Program-made: the position numbers and the translations under genes
The notes under the pieces: model-generated
The model's input: the letters and a program-made list of their open reading frames with translations, nothing else
The model's database searches: none
What the model was told of the DNA's origin: nothing
DNA from: Candidatus Kapaibacterium sp.
Lineage (GTDB): Bacteria; Bacteroidota; Ignavibacteria; Kapaibacteriales; UBA2268
Direction of reading: 5' to 3'
NCBI GenBank assembly: GCA_963665665.1
Contig: OY762428.1
Span: 1,728,001-1,792,000 of the forward strand
Length of the DNA stretch: 64,000 bases
Shown here: positions 37,681 through 48,020 of the stretch, piece after piece
Numbering within the stretch: position 1 is the stretch's first letter
How the letters are laid out: every line of letters begins with the position of its first letter

Positions 37681-38167
37681 TGAAAACCGATTCCAATATT
37701 TCGAGTATTTATGATTTGTTTAGATAATTTGTGTTTTTATGGTGCTGTAAAATAAGTAGAAGAACAAAAAACAAAAAATGCAAATAACAACTAATCTATG
37801 TTTATTGCATTTCGACTATTGAGTGCGCCCGCTTGTAGTCTCAAATTAACTATATGCCTCCGGCAGACTTTGAAAATTTGCGGCTTTAACCTCCAAAGGT
37901 TTGGTAAAATAGCTCCGTAGGAGCGACACAAAAAGCGATATGCCGCAGCTACGGGGCTTATACATGTGATTGGGTAATAAATTCTACAAAAATGACGCAG
38001 CTACGCTGCTTGAGAATTGTTGAATTTTATTGAAATATAAGGTTTGGATACCCTTTTTCACTGCAAAGAATCGGCATCGGCTGGCATTATCTGCGTGATT
38101 TGATGCAGATGAAAATTATTTGTATATTATTACGTATAGGAAAGTAACAAAGAAAAGGCATATTATC

Positions 38168-38392
38168 ATGGAAACAATTTCAATTTCAAAGGAAGAATAT
38201 TTGTCTCTTAAAAAAGAGAATGAATTGCTTAAAGACCAGGAGCTTTTGAACAAAATGAATATTCTTATTGATATATTGTTCGAGAAAAAATATGGCCTTT
38301 ATCTTGGCGATGACACCAGGGATTTAACTGAAGCTTTATTAGATAACCTGCCTGAGTGGAAAACCGACAGCGAGGCATGGGATGGAGTTTAA
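38168..38392 (+). CDS. Putative antitoxin
   Basis: Small acidic ORF overlapping the toxin start. Confidence 0.6.
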   Translation: METISISKEEYLSLKKENELLKDQELLNKMNILIDILFEKKYGLYLGDDTRDLTEALLDNLPEWKTDSEAWDGV

Positions 38393-38735
38393 GCAGAGAG
38401 ATGTAGTATTAGTTCCATTCCCGTATTCCGACCTCACTTCTGTCAAAAGAAGGCCGGTTCTAATTATTTCTAATGATTCCTATAACAATAAAAGGGAAGA
38501 TGTTATTGTATGTATCCTTACAAGTAATACCTTTATTGATGAATATTCTATCCCGATATCAAATGATTCTCTGGAATACGGGCTTTTGCCGGAACCATCG
38601 GTAATCAAAGCCGCAAAGTTGTTTACAATTCATAAGGCAATGATATTGAAGAAATTTAGCGTGGTTAACAAGGAAACTTTTAAAGAGGTGGTTTCGAGAT
38701 TGTCAAAAATATTCAAAAACAATGGCAAAAAATAA
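38382..38735 (+). CDS. mazF: PemK/MazF-family toxin
   Basis: DVVLVPFPYSD...KRRPVLIISND.YN. Confidence 0.85.
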   Translation: MEFKQRDVVLVPFPYSDLTSVKRRPVLIISNDSYNNKREDVIVCILTSNTFIDEYSIPISNDSLEYGLLPEPSVIKAAKLFTIHKAMILKKFSVVNKETFKEVVSRLSKIFKNNGKK

Positions 38736-38953
38736 TCTTATCAGTTCTTTGAAATTACGCATCCATCCCAGGGAAGATTTTGCATTCAGCTCCGTAGGAG
38801 CGATATTTTTGTAGAAAACATAAATCCCAAACGCATTCCCCAAGCTCCGTAGGAGCGACACAAAAACGACATATCCCAGCTACGCTGCTGATGTATTATT
38901 AAATTTTTGGAATTTTTGATATTAACTCCGAAAGGTTTTGGCAGGTGGATTTT

Positions 38954-41900
38954 TTACTCTACTATCAGCCTTTGGGAATAAATATCTGTTCCGGTTTTTA
39001 ATAATAGCATGTAAATTCCCGACGGGAAATCAGTTAAGTTCAGGATGTAATCCCCGTTGGTTTCTATATCGATATTTTTTATACAGTTGCCAAGTAGGTC
39101 ATAAATACCGAGAATGGTATTATTTATATTTGTTGAATTTATGGATATAGTCGCCCGGGCGTTTGCCGGATTCGGCGAAATAGTTAGCGGAGGAGCCGAA
39201 AACACTACTCCCCTTAAATCCGGGGCGCAGTATTCTTCTATCGTAAGCGAACCGGGCTGACGTGTTACTGTTGCTGTTGGAAAAAAGTTTACCGCATCGA
39301 TATTAACAACATTATTCATGGTGTTAAAAAGTAATAATTTACCCGATATTTTCGCAAGTATGGTATTCTCATTGCTCAGTTTGCCCTGCGATCCACTGAA
39401 TCTGATGATTCTATCGTAACCTTCTATACTATTCGAAAGTTCGTCGGCGCCCGATATAGTTAAAGGCAAAAACATAGATGCATCGTAGCTTATTGTACAT
39501 TCGTAGTTAATATCTGTTATAACAGTATTTTCATTTTTTGTCCTGGCATATACGGGAATTTCAAAATTGTCAGTTCCGGGCTTTCCTTTCAAATCCGGAA
39601 TACTGACGATAATTTCGTTATTTACAGCCTTTCCCGTGCCGCTTATCTCCGCGGAATATTTTCTTTCGCAAGGCGAGCTTACGTAAATATACACGCTGTC
39701 GGTATATTCCTGCTCCAGATCGGGCGAAAAAACAATATCAAAATCCAGCCCTGCGCCTGAAGCTATCGCTCCGGGTTCATTCCCTTCAAGCGTAAATACA
39801 TTTCCTGATAATCCTTTCAGGCTGATCGATCCCACTACGATTTCAGTATCTCCGGTATTTGTGATATTGACTGTTTTTCTGTCGCTTAGGCCGATATCAG
39901 CGGAGGGGAAATTATAATCGCTCAGGCCTTCAACTGAAATAAGCGTTTTCTTTGTAGTAAATTCTGTGCGGCCTTTGCAGCCGCTTGAATTTGTAACTTC
40001 CACCCAGAAATTGCCTGAATCGTCCATTAATATCGAAGGCGTGGTTTCGCCTGTGCTCCAGAGATAATCTTCATATACTTTTTCTAATTTTATTTCTATC
40101 TGGCCTCCTTCGCAGAAAGGAATATTACCCGTAACTTCAGGTTGCGGTTTGGGCGATTCTGTAATCCGAAAAATATCAGAAGTCCCGTCGCATCCGGAAG
40201 CGCCGCTTACTCTGACGCTGTAATCTCCGGCTTTGTCAACAATAATTTCTCTGACTGTCTCTCCTGTTGACCAAAGATATGTGTCATATTCCTGTTCTGT
40301 TTTCAGCGTTATACCCGGCCCGTCTTCGCAAATAATATCAGAGCCGATTATTTTCGGATGCAGGCTGTCGGCTATTTCAACATAAAGAGTATCCGAAGCC
40401 GCGCAGCCTGTAACAGGGTTGGTTTTAGTTGCTATCAGTTCGCCAAGGCCTTTCTGTGGCCAGTCTGTTGCAACATTGTCTTTATCGCTGTCCGAAGTTA
40501 TATTGCCGAAATTACAAGTCCATTCCACTAAACAATTATCGCTATTATCGATAGTATAAATATTACCTTCGCTTACGCAAACTTCCCGAGGGCCGCTGAT
40601 TTTAATTTCCGGAAGGGGAAGGAAATTAATCTCTACTTCATCGGATACGCCTTCGCAGCCCTGCGAGGAAATTACAGAAACGTAATATATGCCGGATTTA
40701 TTTACTTTTATCGCAGCCGAGGTTTCGCCTGTGCTCCATTTATAACTATCGTAATTTCCATTTACTTTCAGTTCAATTTCTTCGCCTTCGCATTTATCAT
40801 TGTCGCCGATAATTAGTATTTCAGGTTCGGGAGCAGGATAAACCGCCAGGCTGACGCTATATTCGTCGCTGCATCCTTGATTATTAGTGATTTCTACCGT
40901 GTATTTGCCGGATTCCTTTGCATAAATTTCTTTTGTTTTTTCCCCGGTTGACCAAAGGTATGAATTATCCGGATCATCCGGAATACTGTAGGCAGTAAGT
41001 TTCAGGCTGTCTCCTTCGCAAAAAGCATTATCTCCGCCATTATCAATTTTAGCCGTAGGCTGCTTTCCAACAATAACATATACGGAATCCCCGACGGTAA
41101 AATTATCATTTGTTGCATTAACGTGGTACCAACCGGAGAAAGAAGTAATACAATTTTTTCTGACAGGCGACGCTTTTTCCGATTCAAAATAATCCGGGCC
41201 GGTCCATGAATAGCGCATATCTCCTATAGGCCGCGATAATTGCCCGGACAAAAGCAAGTCCTCGCCTTCGCAGATTTTAATTGTATCTCCGGCATCTATT
41301 GAAACATGATAATCGCTGTTTAAAAACCTTGGATAAGAATAATTACCAACTTTTGTCGAACCAATATTTATTGTGTCAAGTTTGCATTCTGAAATATCAA
41401 AATTCGGTTTATCTATACATCCCAGATAATAAGGTTTAACATAACCATTTTCTGTTAGAACCTGACCTGTTGATAAATGAAAATATAACTGTCCGTCAGG
41501 TCCCATTAAATTATAATGAAACTCCAAATATTTAGAAAATTCCGGCGGAATCATAATTACTTCAGTATCTCCCAACGATAGTTCATCCGGGGTCACATTC
41601 ATATCTATTTGTGTAATACAATTATTATTAATAAAAAACCATAGTTTGTTTCCGTCCGGAGAAAAATCCAACAGTTCTACCGCATCATGTATTTTATATT
41701 CCTTCTTCAGTTCCATCTCTGCCGTTTCGGGATTTAAATCATAAATCGCTATTTTTGCTATTTTCTTATCCATATCTTCTCCCAATAAGGTCGCATATTT
41801 GTTTCCGTCAAGAGAAACAATATCATTATTAATTATCCAATATCCCCAATGTTTAGGGGATGCAAATTCTCCATTAATTGAATGCGAATAGCTTATCGAA

Positions 41901-42484
41901 TTTTTTGTTACATTGTAAATACAAAGAGAGTCATAACTATATGAAGAAGATTGGTTGGAATCATATCTAATAAGGCAGAAAAGCCAATAATTATCACTAT
42001 CAGGTCTATTAACAGGAGTCAATTTTAATAGCAGTGCATTTTCCTCCAATATCTTTATTTCTTTAATATCGCCAAGTCCTCCATCAAGGTCTATATCAAT
42101 AACAGCACAGGCAAATTTATGATGATTATTTTCATCCTGTTCATAGAAGAGATAATATTCATTATCACTTCCGGGTTTTTTGTGCGCAAAACAAGCGTTA
42201 TAATCTGTACTTGGATATAAAATGTTACTATTTGGCATTATTTCAAATTTTTTGTTATAAACATAATTCCCATCAAAATAAAATAGTATTTTTCCTTCAG
42301 AATCTGAAATGATTGCATGCCTTCTGCTACCATAGGAATTAATCATTATAGGCTTTGGATTTACACCATTGGGATTAAATGTAATGCCAATATTTTCTGC
42401 AATACTCCAATTATAGGTTTCTTTTTGTGCAAAAGAAGCGGACAGGCTGAATAAAATCAGAAAGGCAGTAATACAATATTTCAT
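38954..42484 (-). CDS. Secreted protein: beta-propeller, tandem Ig-like YxWSTGET repeats and T9SS sorting domain
   Basis: Signal peptide, ISDSEGKILFY, four YxWSTGE repeats, ISPNPA...PSGIY. Confidence 0.8.
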   Translation of the reverse strand: MKYCITAFLILFSLSASFAQKETYNWSIAENIGITFNPNGVNPKPIMINSYGSRRHAIISDSEGKILFYFDGNYVYNKKFEIMPNSNILYPSTDYNACFAHKKPGSDNEYYLFYEQDENNHHKFACAVIDIDLDGGLGDIKEIKILEENALLLKLTPVNRPDSDNYWLFCLIRYDSNQSSSYSYDSLCIYNVTKNSISYSHSINGEFASPKHWGYWIINNDIVSLDGNKYATLLGEDMDKKIAKIAIYDLNPETAEMELKKEYKIHDAVELLDFSPDGNKLWFFINNNCITQIDMNVTPDELSLGDTEVIMIPPEFSKYLEFHYNLMGPDGQLYFHLSTGQVLTENGYVKPYYLGCIDKPNFDISECKLDTINIGSTKVGNYSYPRFLNSDYHVSIDAGDTIKICEGEDLLLSGQLSRPIGDMRYSWTGPDYFESEKASPVRKNCITSFSGWYHVNATNDNFTVGDSVYVIVGKQPTAKIDNGGDNAFCEGDSLKLTAYSIPDDPDNSYLWSTGEKTKEIYAKESGKYTVEITNNQGCSDEYSVSLAVYPAPEPEILIIGDNDKCEGEEIELKVNGNYDSYKWSTGETSAAIKVNKSGIYYVSVISSQGCEGVSDEVEINFLPLPEIKISGPREVCVSEGNIYTIDNSDNCLVEWTCNFGNITSDSDKDNVATDWPQKGLGELIATKTNPVTGCAASDTLYVEIADSLHPKIIGSDIICEDGPGITLKTEQEYDTYLWSTGETVREIIVDKAGDYSVRVSGASGCDGTSDIFRITESPKPQPEVTGNIPFCEGGQIEIKLEKVYEDYLWSTGETTPSILMDDSGNFWVEVTNSSGCKGRTEFTTKKTLISVEGLSDYNFPSADIGLSDRKTVNITNTGDTEIVVGSISLKGLSGNVFTLEGNEPGAIASGAGLDFDIVFSPDLEQEYTDSVYIYVSSPCERKYSAEISGTGKAVNNEIIVSIPDLKGKPGTDNFEIPVYARTKNENTVITDINYECTISYDASMFLPLTISGADELSNSIEGYDRIIRFSGSQGKLSNENTILAKISGKLLLFNTMNNVVNIDAVNFFPTATVTRQPGSLTIEEYCAPDLRGVVFSAPPLTISPNPANARATISINSTNINNTILGIYDLLGNCIKNIDIETNGDYILNLTDFPSGIYMLLLKTGTDIYSQRLIVE

Positions 42485-42573
42485 AACATATCCTCATTTA
42501 TAAATTCTCCTTACCTCAATGACACTAAAAAGTGAAAAAGGTCTCAGGGAATTGAAAAATTAACAGGATATGA

Positions 42574-43104
42574 TCAATCTATATCTATCTTTTTTCTCAG
42601 GCGGAAAAGCATTGTGAATATGGCTATCACAGTGGTATATGAGGATATGGCGATGCCGTATTTCATAACGAATGCCAGGTAGTCAATCTCGCTTGGTTTT
42701 ATGTAGAAGAAGAAGTAAACGATATTATGGAAAAATGAGGCAAGGAAAACAATGTACAGGAAACGGTAGCGGCCTATTTTGTGCTCAAGGCTGCCCTCGC
42801 GGCAGAAAAGCCCGGCAATATAAACTGCAACCGTTTTGGCAAGAGCGTTGGTGCCAATCACGTCGGCGGATATGATATCAAACATTATACCCACCAGGAA
42901 ACCGGCAAAAAGCCCCTTCAGGCGCCCCTCGGCAAGAGTAAACCATACGCAGAATATCAGCAGCAGGTCCGGTGTGATGTTCTGCACGGAAATGAAACGC
43001 AGGAATACGATATGCAAAATAACAAGGAATAACGCTGTTATGGCGTATTTAATATATTTTATTATTGCATCTCTTGTGCCTTTTGGCGTATCGAATTTTA
43101 CCAT
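42574..43104 (-). CDS. mreD: Rod shape-determining protein MreD
   Basis: Multi-TM protein with PDLLLI and G...D....G.NAL; follows mreC. Confidence 0.85.
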   Translation of the reverse strand: MVKFDTPKGTRDAIIKYIKYAITALFLVILHIVFLRFISVQNITPDLLLIFCVWFTLAEGRLKGLFAGFLVGIMFDIISADVIGTNALAKTVAVYIAGLFCREGSLEHKIGRYRFLYIVFLASFFHNIVYFFFYIKPSEIDYLAFVMKYGIAISSYTTVIAIFTMLFRLRKKIDID

Positions 43105-43108
43105 GCCG

Positions 43109-43963
43109 CTATCTCCTGCCCGTTCTTGCTTTTAATCTTTGTTCCATCTCTTCTATCAGCTGCTGCCGCTCGGGGTCGGGCGTGTGCAATATCACAAAAA
43201 CTTCTTCAATTGTATTGAAATCAACAAATGGCTTTACTTTTATTTTCAGAAACAGTGAGGATTTATCTTCTTCAATCAAAATAATCTGCCCGATGGGAAT
43301 GCCTTCAGGAAATTTATTACTGAAATTCGAGGTCATAACAATGTCGCCTGTCTGAACGTCGAATGATCCCGGGATGTTTTTCAGCAGGAAGTTATTGCCT
43401 CCTTCCCATGCCAGTATGCCGTTAATATCAGTTCTCTGGATTTTAGCCGAGATTTTAATATTCCGGTTGGCGATAAGCTCCACTAAGGAATAATTTTCAC
43501 TTACGCCTACCACCACTCCGCAAAGCCCCGCATCGGACCTTACGGTCATCCCGCGCCTGACACTGTCCGCGGCACCCGAGGCAAGTGTGAAATACTGACG
43601 CATTTCCACGGTAGTTTTGCCGACAATTTCCGATGTGATATATGGTCTTTCCTGCGCCTCTTCAAGCTCCATCAGCTTACGCAGCTCCTTGTTTTCTATC
43701 AGGGCATGGCGCATCCTTGTAACTTCGGATGATAACTTAAGGTTGAGTTCCCTAAGCGCTTTGTTTTCGCTTTCCAAAGCTCCCGGGTTGGGAACCCATG
43801 AAAAAAGCTCCTGCAGCCAGCCTGTAGCGCCGATAACCACGGTGCGGAAACCGCCTATCTGAGATACATTGCCCATGGAAATAAGAGACAAACTAATGAT
43901 AATCAACGCTGCAAACGTTATCATTTCCTTGAATCTGACTATCAGCTCAATTAGTCTCTGCAT
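43109..43963 (-). CDS. mreC: Rod shape-determining protein MreC
   Basis: TM segment, coiled coil, GLCGVV, GDIVMTS..S..FPEGIPIG. Confidence 0.9.
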   Translation of the reverse strand: MQRLIELIVRFKEMITFAALIIISLSLISMGNVSQIGGFRTVVIGATGWLQELFSWVPNPGALESENKALRELNLKLSSEVTRMRHALIENKELRKLMELEEAQERPYITSEIVGKTTVEMRQYFTLASGAADSVRRGMTVRSDAGLCGVVVGVSENYSLVELIANRNIKISAKIQRTDINGILAWEGGNNFLLKNIPGSFDVQTGDIVMTSNFSNKFPEGIPIGQIILIEEDKSSLFLKIKVKPFVDFNTIEEVFVILHTPDPERQQLIEEMEQRLKARTGRR

Positions 43964-44043
43964 AGGGTAAGTTTAAATAAATAATATAATTTGTAATTAT
44001 GTTTCACTGAAGAATTTTTCAATTTTCAACTTTATCAATGTTT

Positions 44044-44171
44044 GTAATTCCCCGACAGGTCACCGATAAATCGGTGCAGGCAGGGGCAGGCTTCAGGAGC
44101 GAAGCGACTGAAGAATCCATTTCCTACTTTCTTTATCAGAAGAATAAACTCTTCGCTCGGCTCAGAGTGAC
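44044..44171. repeat. REP doublet with doubly nested short palindromes in the mreB-mreC spacer
   Basis: GTAATTC[CCCGACAGGTCACCGATAAATCGGTGCAGGCAGGGGCAGGCTTC]AGGAGCGAAGCGACTGAAGAATCC. Confidence 0.6.
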
Positions 44172-44341
44172 AACATCATCAGCTTATGAGACAGCCTCCT
44201 TTTGCTCTTAGCCATCCCCTTCGGGAAGACGACAGTCTTTTCGAGGGTTTGGGAGGGATCAAGTGTAAGAGACTTATTAAATTTTCAAAAATTTCAATAC
44301 AATTTCTATAAACCTTCGGAAGGTTAATCTAAAAATTTCTA

Positions 44342-45367
44342 TCAATATCTTGTATTCTTGATCAATACCGAGGAATAATCATTCAGAGATTCCAGGGCTT
44401 TTCCTGTTCCGCGAGCAACGGCAAAGAGTGGTTCTTCGGCAACATTTACCGGAAGGCTGGTTTCGCGCCTGAGCCTTTCGTCAAGTCCTTTCAGCAATGC
44501 ACCGCCGCCGGAAAGCATAATACCGCGGTCGAAAATATCAGCCGATAGTTCCGGTGGAGTTTTCTCCAAAAGGCTGCGAACGGCATCAACTATCTCTGAA
44601 ACTGCCTCGGAAAGGGCTTCCCTGATATCAACCGATGTAACCTGGATCATTCTCGGGAAACCTGAAACCAGGTCGCGTCCCTTCACTTCAATCTCGATTT
44701 CTTCTTCCAGTTCCACAGCCGAGCCAACTTCACATTTTATCATCTCGGCAGTTCTGTCGCCGATCAGGATATTGTGCTGCCTGCGGAAATACTGCACGAT
44801 AGATTCCGTCATCTCGTCGCCGGCCACCCTGATGGATTTGTCGCTGACTATACCGGAAAGAGCAATCACGGCAATTTCTGTTGTACCGCCGCCGATATCA
44901 ACTATCATGTTGCCAATCGGCTCATGCACGTTCAGCCCGATACCGATTGCAGCAGCCATAGGTTCCGCAATCAGGTGTACTTCTTTGGCACCGGCATGCT
45001 CGCAACTGTCCCTTACAGCGCGTTTTTCCACCTCGGTAAGCCCCGAGGGAACGCAGACCACAACCCTGCGCGCGGGCTGCCAGCTAAGCGATACCTTGCG
45101 GATAAAAGCCCTGAGCATACCTTCTGTAATTTCGAAGTCGGCGATAGCGCCGTCCCGTAGGGGACGAATAATTTTAATATCTTTATGTGTTTTACCCACC
45201 ATAGCCTGCGCTTCGCGCCCGATAGCGATAATATGCTTGCTGGAACGGTCGAAAGCAACAATGGATGGTTCGTTCAATACTATATTTTTCCCTTTCATCC
45301 AGATAAGGGTATTGGCGGTGCCAAGGTCAATTGCTACGTCATTGGAGAAGAATCTGAAAGAAGCCAT
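44342..45367 (-). CDS. mreB: Rod shape-determining protein MreB
   Basis: AIDLGTANT, EPMAAAIG, VDIGGGTTE, LSGGGALL. Confidence 0.97.
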   Translation of the reverse strand: MASFRFFSNDVAIDLGTANTLIWMKGKNIVLNEPSIVAFDRSSKHIIAIGREAQAMVGKTHKDIKIIRPLRDGAIADFEITEGMLRAFIRKVSLSWQPARRVVVCVPSGLTEVEKRAVRDSCEHAGAKEVHLIAEPMAAAIGIGLNVHEPIGNMIVDIGGGTTEIAVIALSGIVSDKSIRVAGDEMTESIVQYFRRQHNILIGDRTAEMIKCEVGSAVELEEEIEIEVKGRDLVSGFPRMIQVTSVDIREALSEAVSEIVDAVRSLLEKTPPELSADIFDRGIMLSGGGALLKGLDERLRRETSLPVNVAEEPLFAVARGTGKALESLNDYSSVLIKNTRY

Positions 45368-45515
45368 GAATTTATCGTTTCGTTATTATGTTTCAAAAAT
45401 GCTTTTATTCCATTTACAAAAATAACAGAATTATGAGAGTTTTTTTAATCTAAATACAATATAAATGAAAAAATTTATAATAATAAGTGATAATCAAGAA
45501 TTGTGGAGCTATAGT

Positions 45516-45800
45516 TTAGGCAAAAGAAAGGATTTTTAAAGAAATAAGGCATGGGAGGTTTGGAGTAAATTCGGATTTTACATCTGAATGGTTTTGATTG
45601 AAATTTAATATTCCGAATTGTTCATTGAATAGAATATTGATGTCAATAATTATTAAATTCGGATCAATTTTTCTCGAGATTATCTTATATGTATTCAAAT
45701 AACCTGAATCTGAAGTAACAAAATAAAAAATTGATTCATCGCAATCGGATTGAGCAAAAAGTATAGAATCATTGGGAATTATAGCTCGGAATTGCTTCAA
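45516..45800 (-). pseudogene. 3' fragment of a probable PIN-like protein
   Basis: IIPNDSILFAQ...FVTSD resembles a PIN C-terminal half; abuts the IS21 remnant. Confidence 0.35.
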
Positions 45801-46484
45801 CACAGGCCATCCTGCTCGATCCAGGAATGCCTACTAATACTTTCACGGGTATTCTCTCTTTGTTGTTTCTGTCTGTCAGCTACAAATGCTTTCCGTTATA
45901 GTCAACATACATCTTATCGCCGTCCTTGTGCTAAAAATGCGTTACCGACTGCTTCTTTTGCAGTTTGTTGTTCAGGTGTGCAGAACCGGGTATAGTTATA
46001 GCCTCCGGGGATTTCCTTTTTATATTCTATCCATTATAAGAATTTGTTCACGCTCGTTTTTGTCAGCCCTATCCCAAATACATGAAAATTATTTGCAGGG
46101 TCGGCATAGCTATCTTCAGGGGGCATATCTGCTTATGGAATAAATTAAATAATTCGTCATTGCTCATATTACTTATGCCAGAATAGTTTATTCCTGCCGA
46201 ACCTGCCAGTACCAGGCAGCGGCTCAATGTTTTCCTCGATACTCCTGCTATAGTTGATGTTTTACTTTTACTTACCTTCACTCTGCCGAGCCTTAATATC
46301 TGTCTTATATCAATCATACTGAAACTCGTTTTAGCAATAATTGTTTCCTGTTATGTGAATTGTTTTTTTATCATGGGGATTAGCATTATTCGTGCAATTT
46401 TTGGCTAAAAAAAACGGGCCTTTACTGCGAAATAAACATAGAACATCCTCCGAAACAAGGTTGGACTTTGAAGCGAAATATACA
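45800..46484 (-). mobile_element. Degenerate IS21-family remnant (istA 5' part with stops and frameshifts)
   Basis: IRQILRL...GVSRKT, GYNYTRFC and H.DGDKMYVDY fragments; terminal TGTATATTTCGC with repeated GCGAAATA. Confidence 0.7.
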
Positions 46485-47427
46485 GCTAAACCCTCCTTTC
46501 TTCTTCATACCCCCGTGCCCTCTCATTCATAAGCCGTGGACAGCCATAGTTTCAATTTCCTGCTTCCCGGGTTGCACTTTGGAATTCTGAAGCTCATATC
46601 CAAAGTAGAACTTTGCAGGAAATATTCCTTCCCAGGTACAACTTGGGAAGGAGGCTTTAAGGGTGTATTGTCATTCTGAGCGCCAGCGAAGAATCCATTC
46701 TTAATACCTAATCTGCAAAGAAAGATGGATTCTTCGGTCGCTTCGCTTCGTCAGAATGACGGATGGAAATGTCCCCCGCTGGCGGGGGTGGATTCTTAAA
46801 ATTCCCCTCGTTGAGGGGTGGCGAGCGCAGCGAGTTCCCGACACGTCGGGACAGGCAGGGGTGGATTCTTTTTCCGTAACCTCCCTTATCCACGAGCTAA
46901 AGCACGTGGCTATTGAATTTGACGATTATAAGGCTGGGATGTCATTCTGAGCGCCAGCGAAGAATCCATTCTTAATACCTAATCTGCAAAGAAAGATGGA
47001 TTCTTCACTTTGTTCAGAATGACGGATGGGAATGTCCCCCGCTGGCGGGGGTGGATTCTTAAAATTCCCCTCGTTGAGGGGTGGCGAGCGCAGCGAGTTC
47101 CCGACACGTCGGGACAGGCAGGGGTGGATTCTTCACACACTATCTGCAAAGAAAGATGGATTCTTCGGTCGCTTCGCTCCGTCAGAATGACAACATAACA
47201 CCTCATTCTTTTGCTCAGTTTACCCGTTCTTCCACCCAAATGAACAGGCCGCCGGCCTTAATTCCCCAACCTGTGGTTTCAATGAATCGGATAATTTCCT
47301 TATTTCAATGCTGTTTTTAATCAAAACCATGATGTTTGGGCTAATTGCTTTGTTGGCAGGGCTTTAAACTGCCTTGGCCGGAGTTATTGAACTACTGTTT
47401 GGCCTTAATGTAGTGAAATTTGGCCTC

Positions 47428-47582
47428 ATTGAACACTTGGTTGACCTTATTGAACACTTGGTTGACCTTACTGAACACTTGGTTGACCTTATTGAACACT
47501 TGGTTGACCTTACTGAACACTTGGTTGACCTTACTGAACACTTGGTTGACCTTACTGAACACTTGGTTGACCTTACTGAACA
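47428..47582. repeat. Near-perfect 21-bp tandem repeat (TGAACACTTGGTTGACCTTAY); the second unit (48824-48999) has one more copy
   Basis: Read directly; the translated ORFs differ by 7 aa. Confidence 0.9.
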
Positions 47583-47599
47583 TGTTCTTTGCCTCCGAC

Positions 47600-48020
47600 C
47601 AAGAGTTCAATGACTTCGACCAAGGCGTCAATAAAGCAAAACATTGCTGCAATAGTGTCGACCAAGAGTTCATTATCTTCAAACATCAGTACAATGATTT
47701 GAAACAAGGCAGCAATAACTTCGAACAAGGCAGCAATGACTCCGACCAAGGCATCAATGACTTCAACCAAGGCGTCAATAACTTCAACCAAGGCATCAAT
47801 AACTCCAAACAAGGCATCAATGACTTCGACCAAGGCATCAATAACTCCGACCAAGGCATCAATAAAGCAAAACATTGCTGCAATAGGTGCAAACAAGAGT
47901 TCATTATCTTCAAACAAGGCGGCAATAAAGCAAAACATTGGTGCAATGACTTCAACCAAGGCAGCAATAAAGCAAAACATTGCTGCAATAGTGTCGAACA
48001 AGACCTCAATACCTCTGACC
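47600..48020. repeat. Degenerate 21-bp tandem array (CAAGGCRKCAATRACTTCRAC-like), about 20 units
   Basis: Strict 21-nt phase; duplicated at about 49017-49437. Confidence 0.85.

Larger units (their letters stand above)
37911..38890. repeat. REP-like AGCTCCGTAGGAGCGA / CAGCTACG repeats flanking the TA module
   Basis: Copies near 37911, 38788 and 38843; related units near 37947, 37998 and 38877. Confidence 0.6.

Noticed and set aside
11314-38735. Complete integron
   Set aside because: No tyrosine integrase and no full attC site recognised
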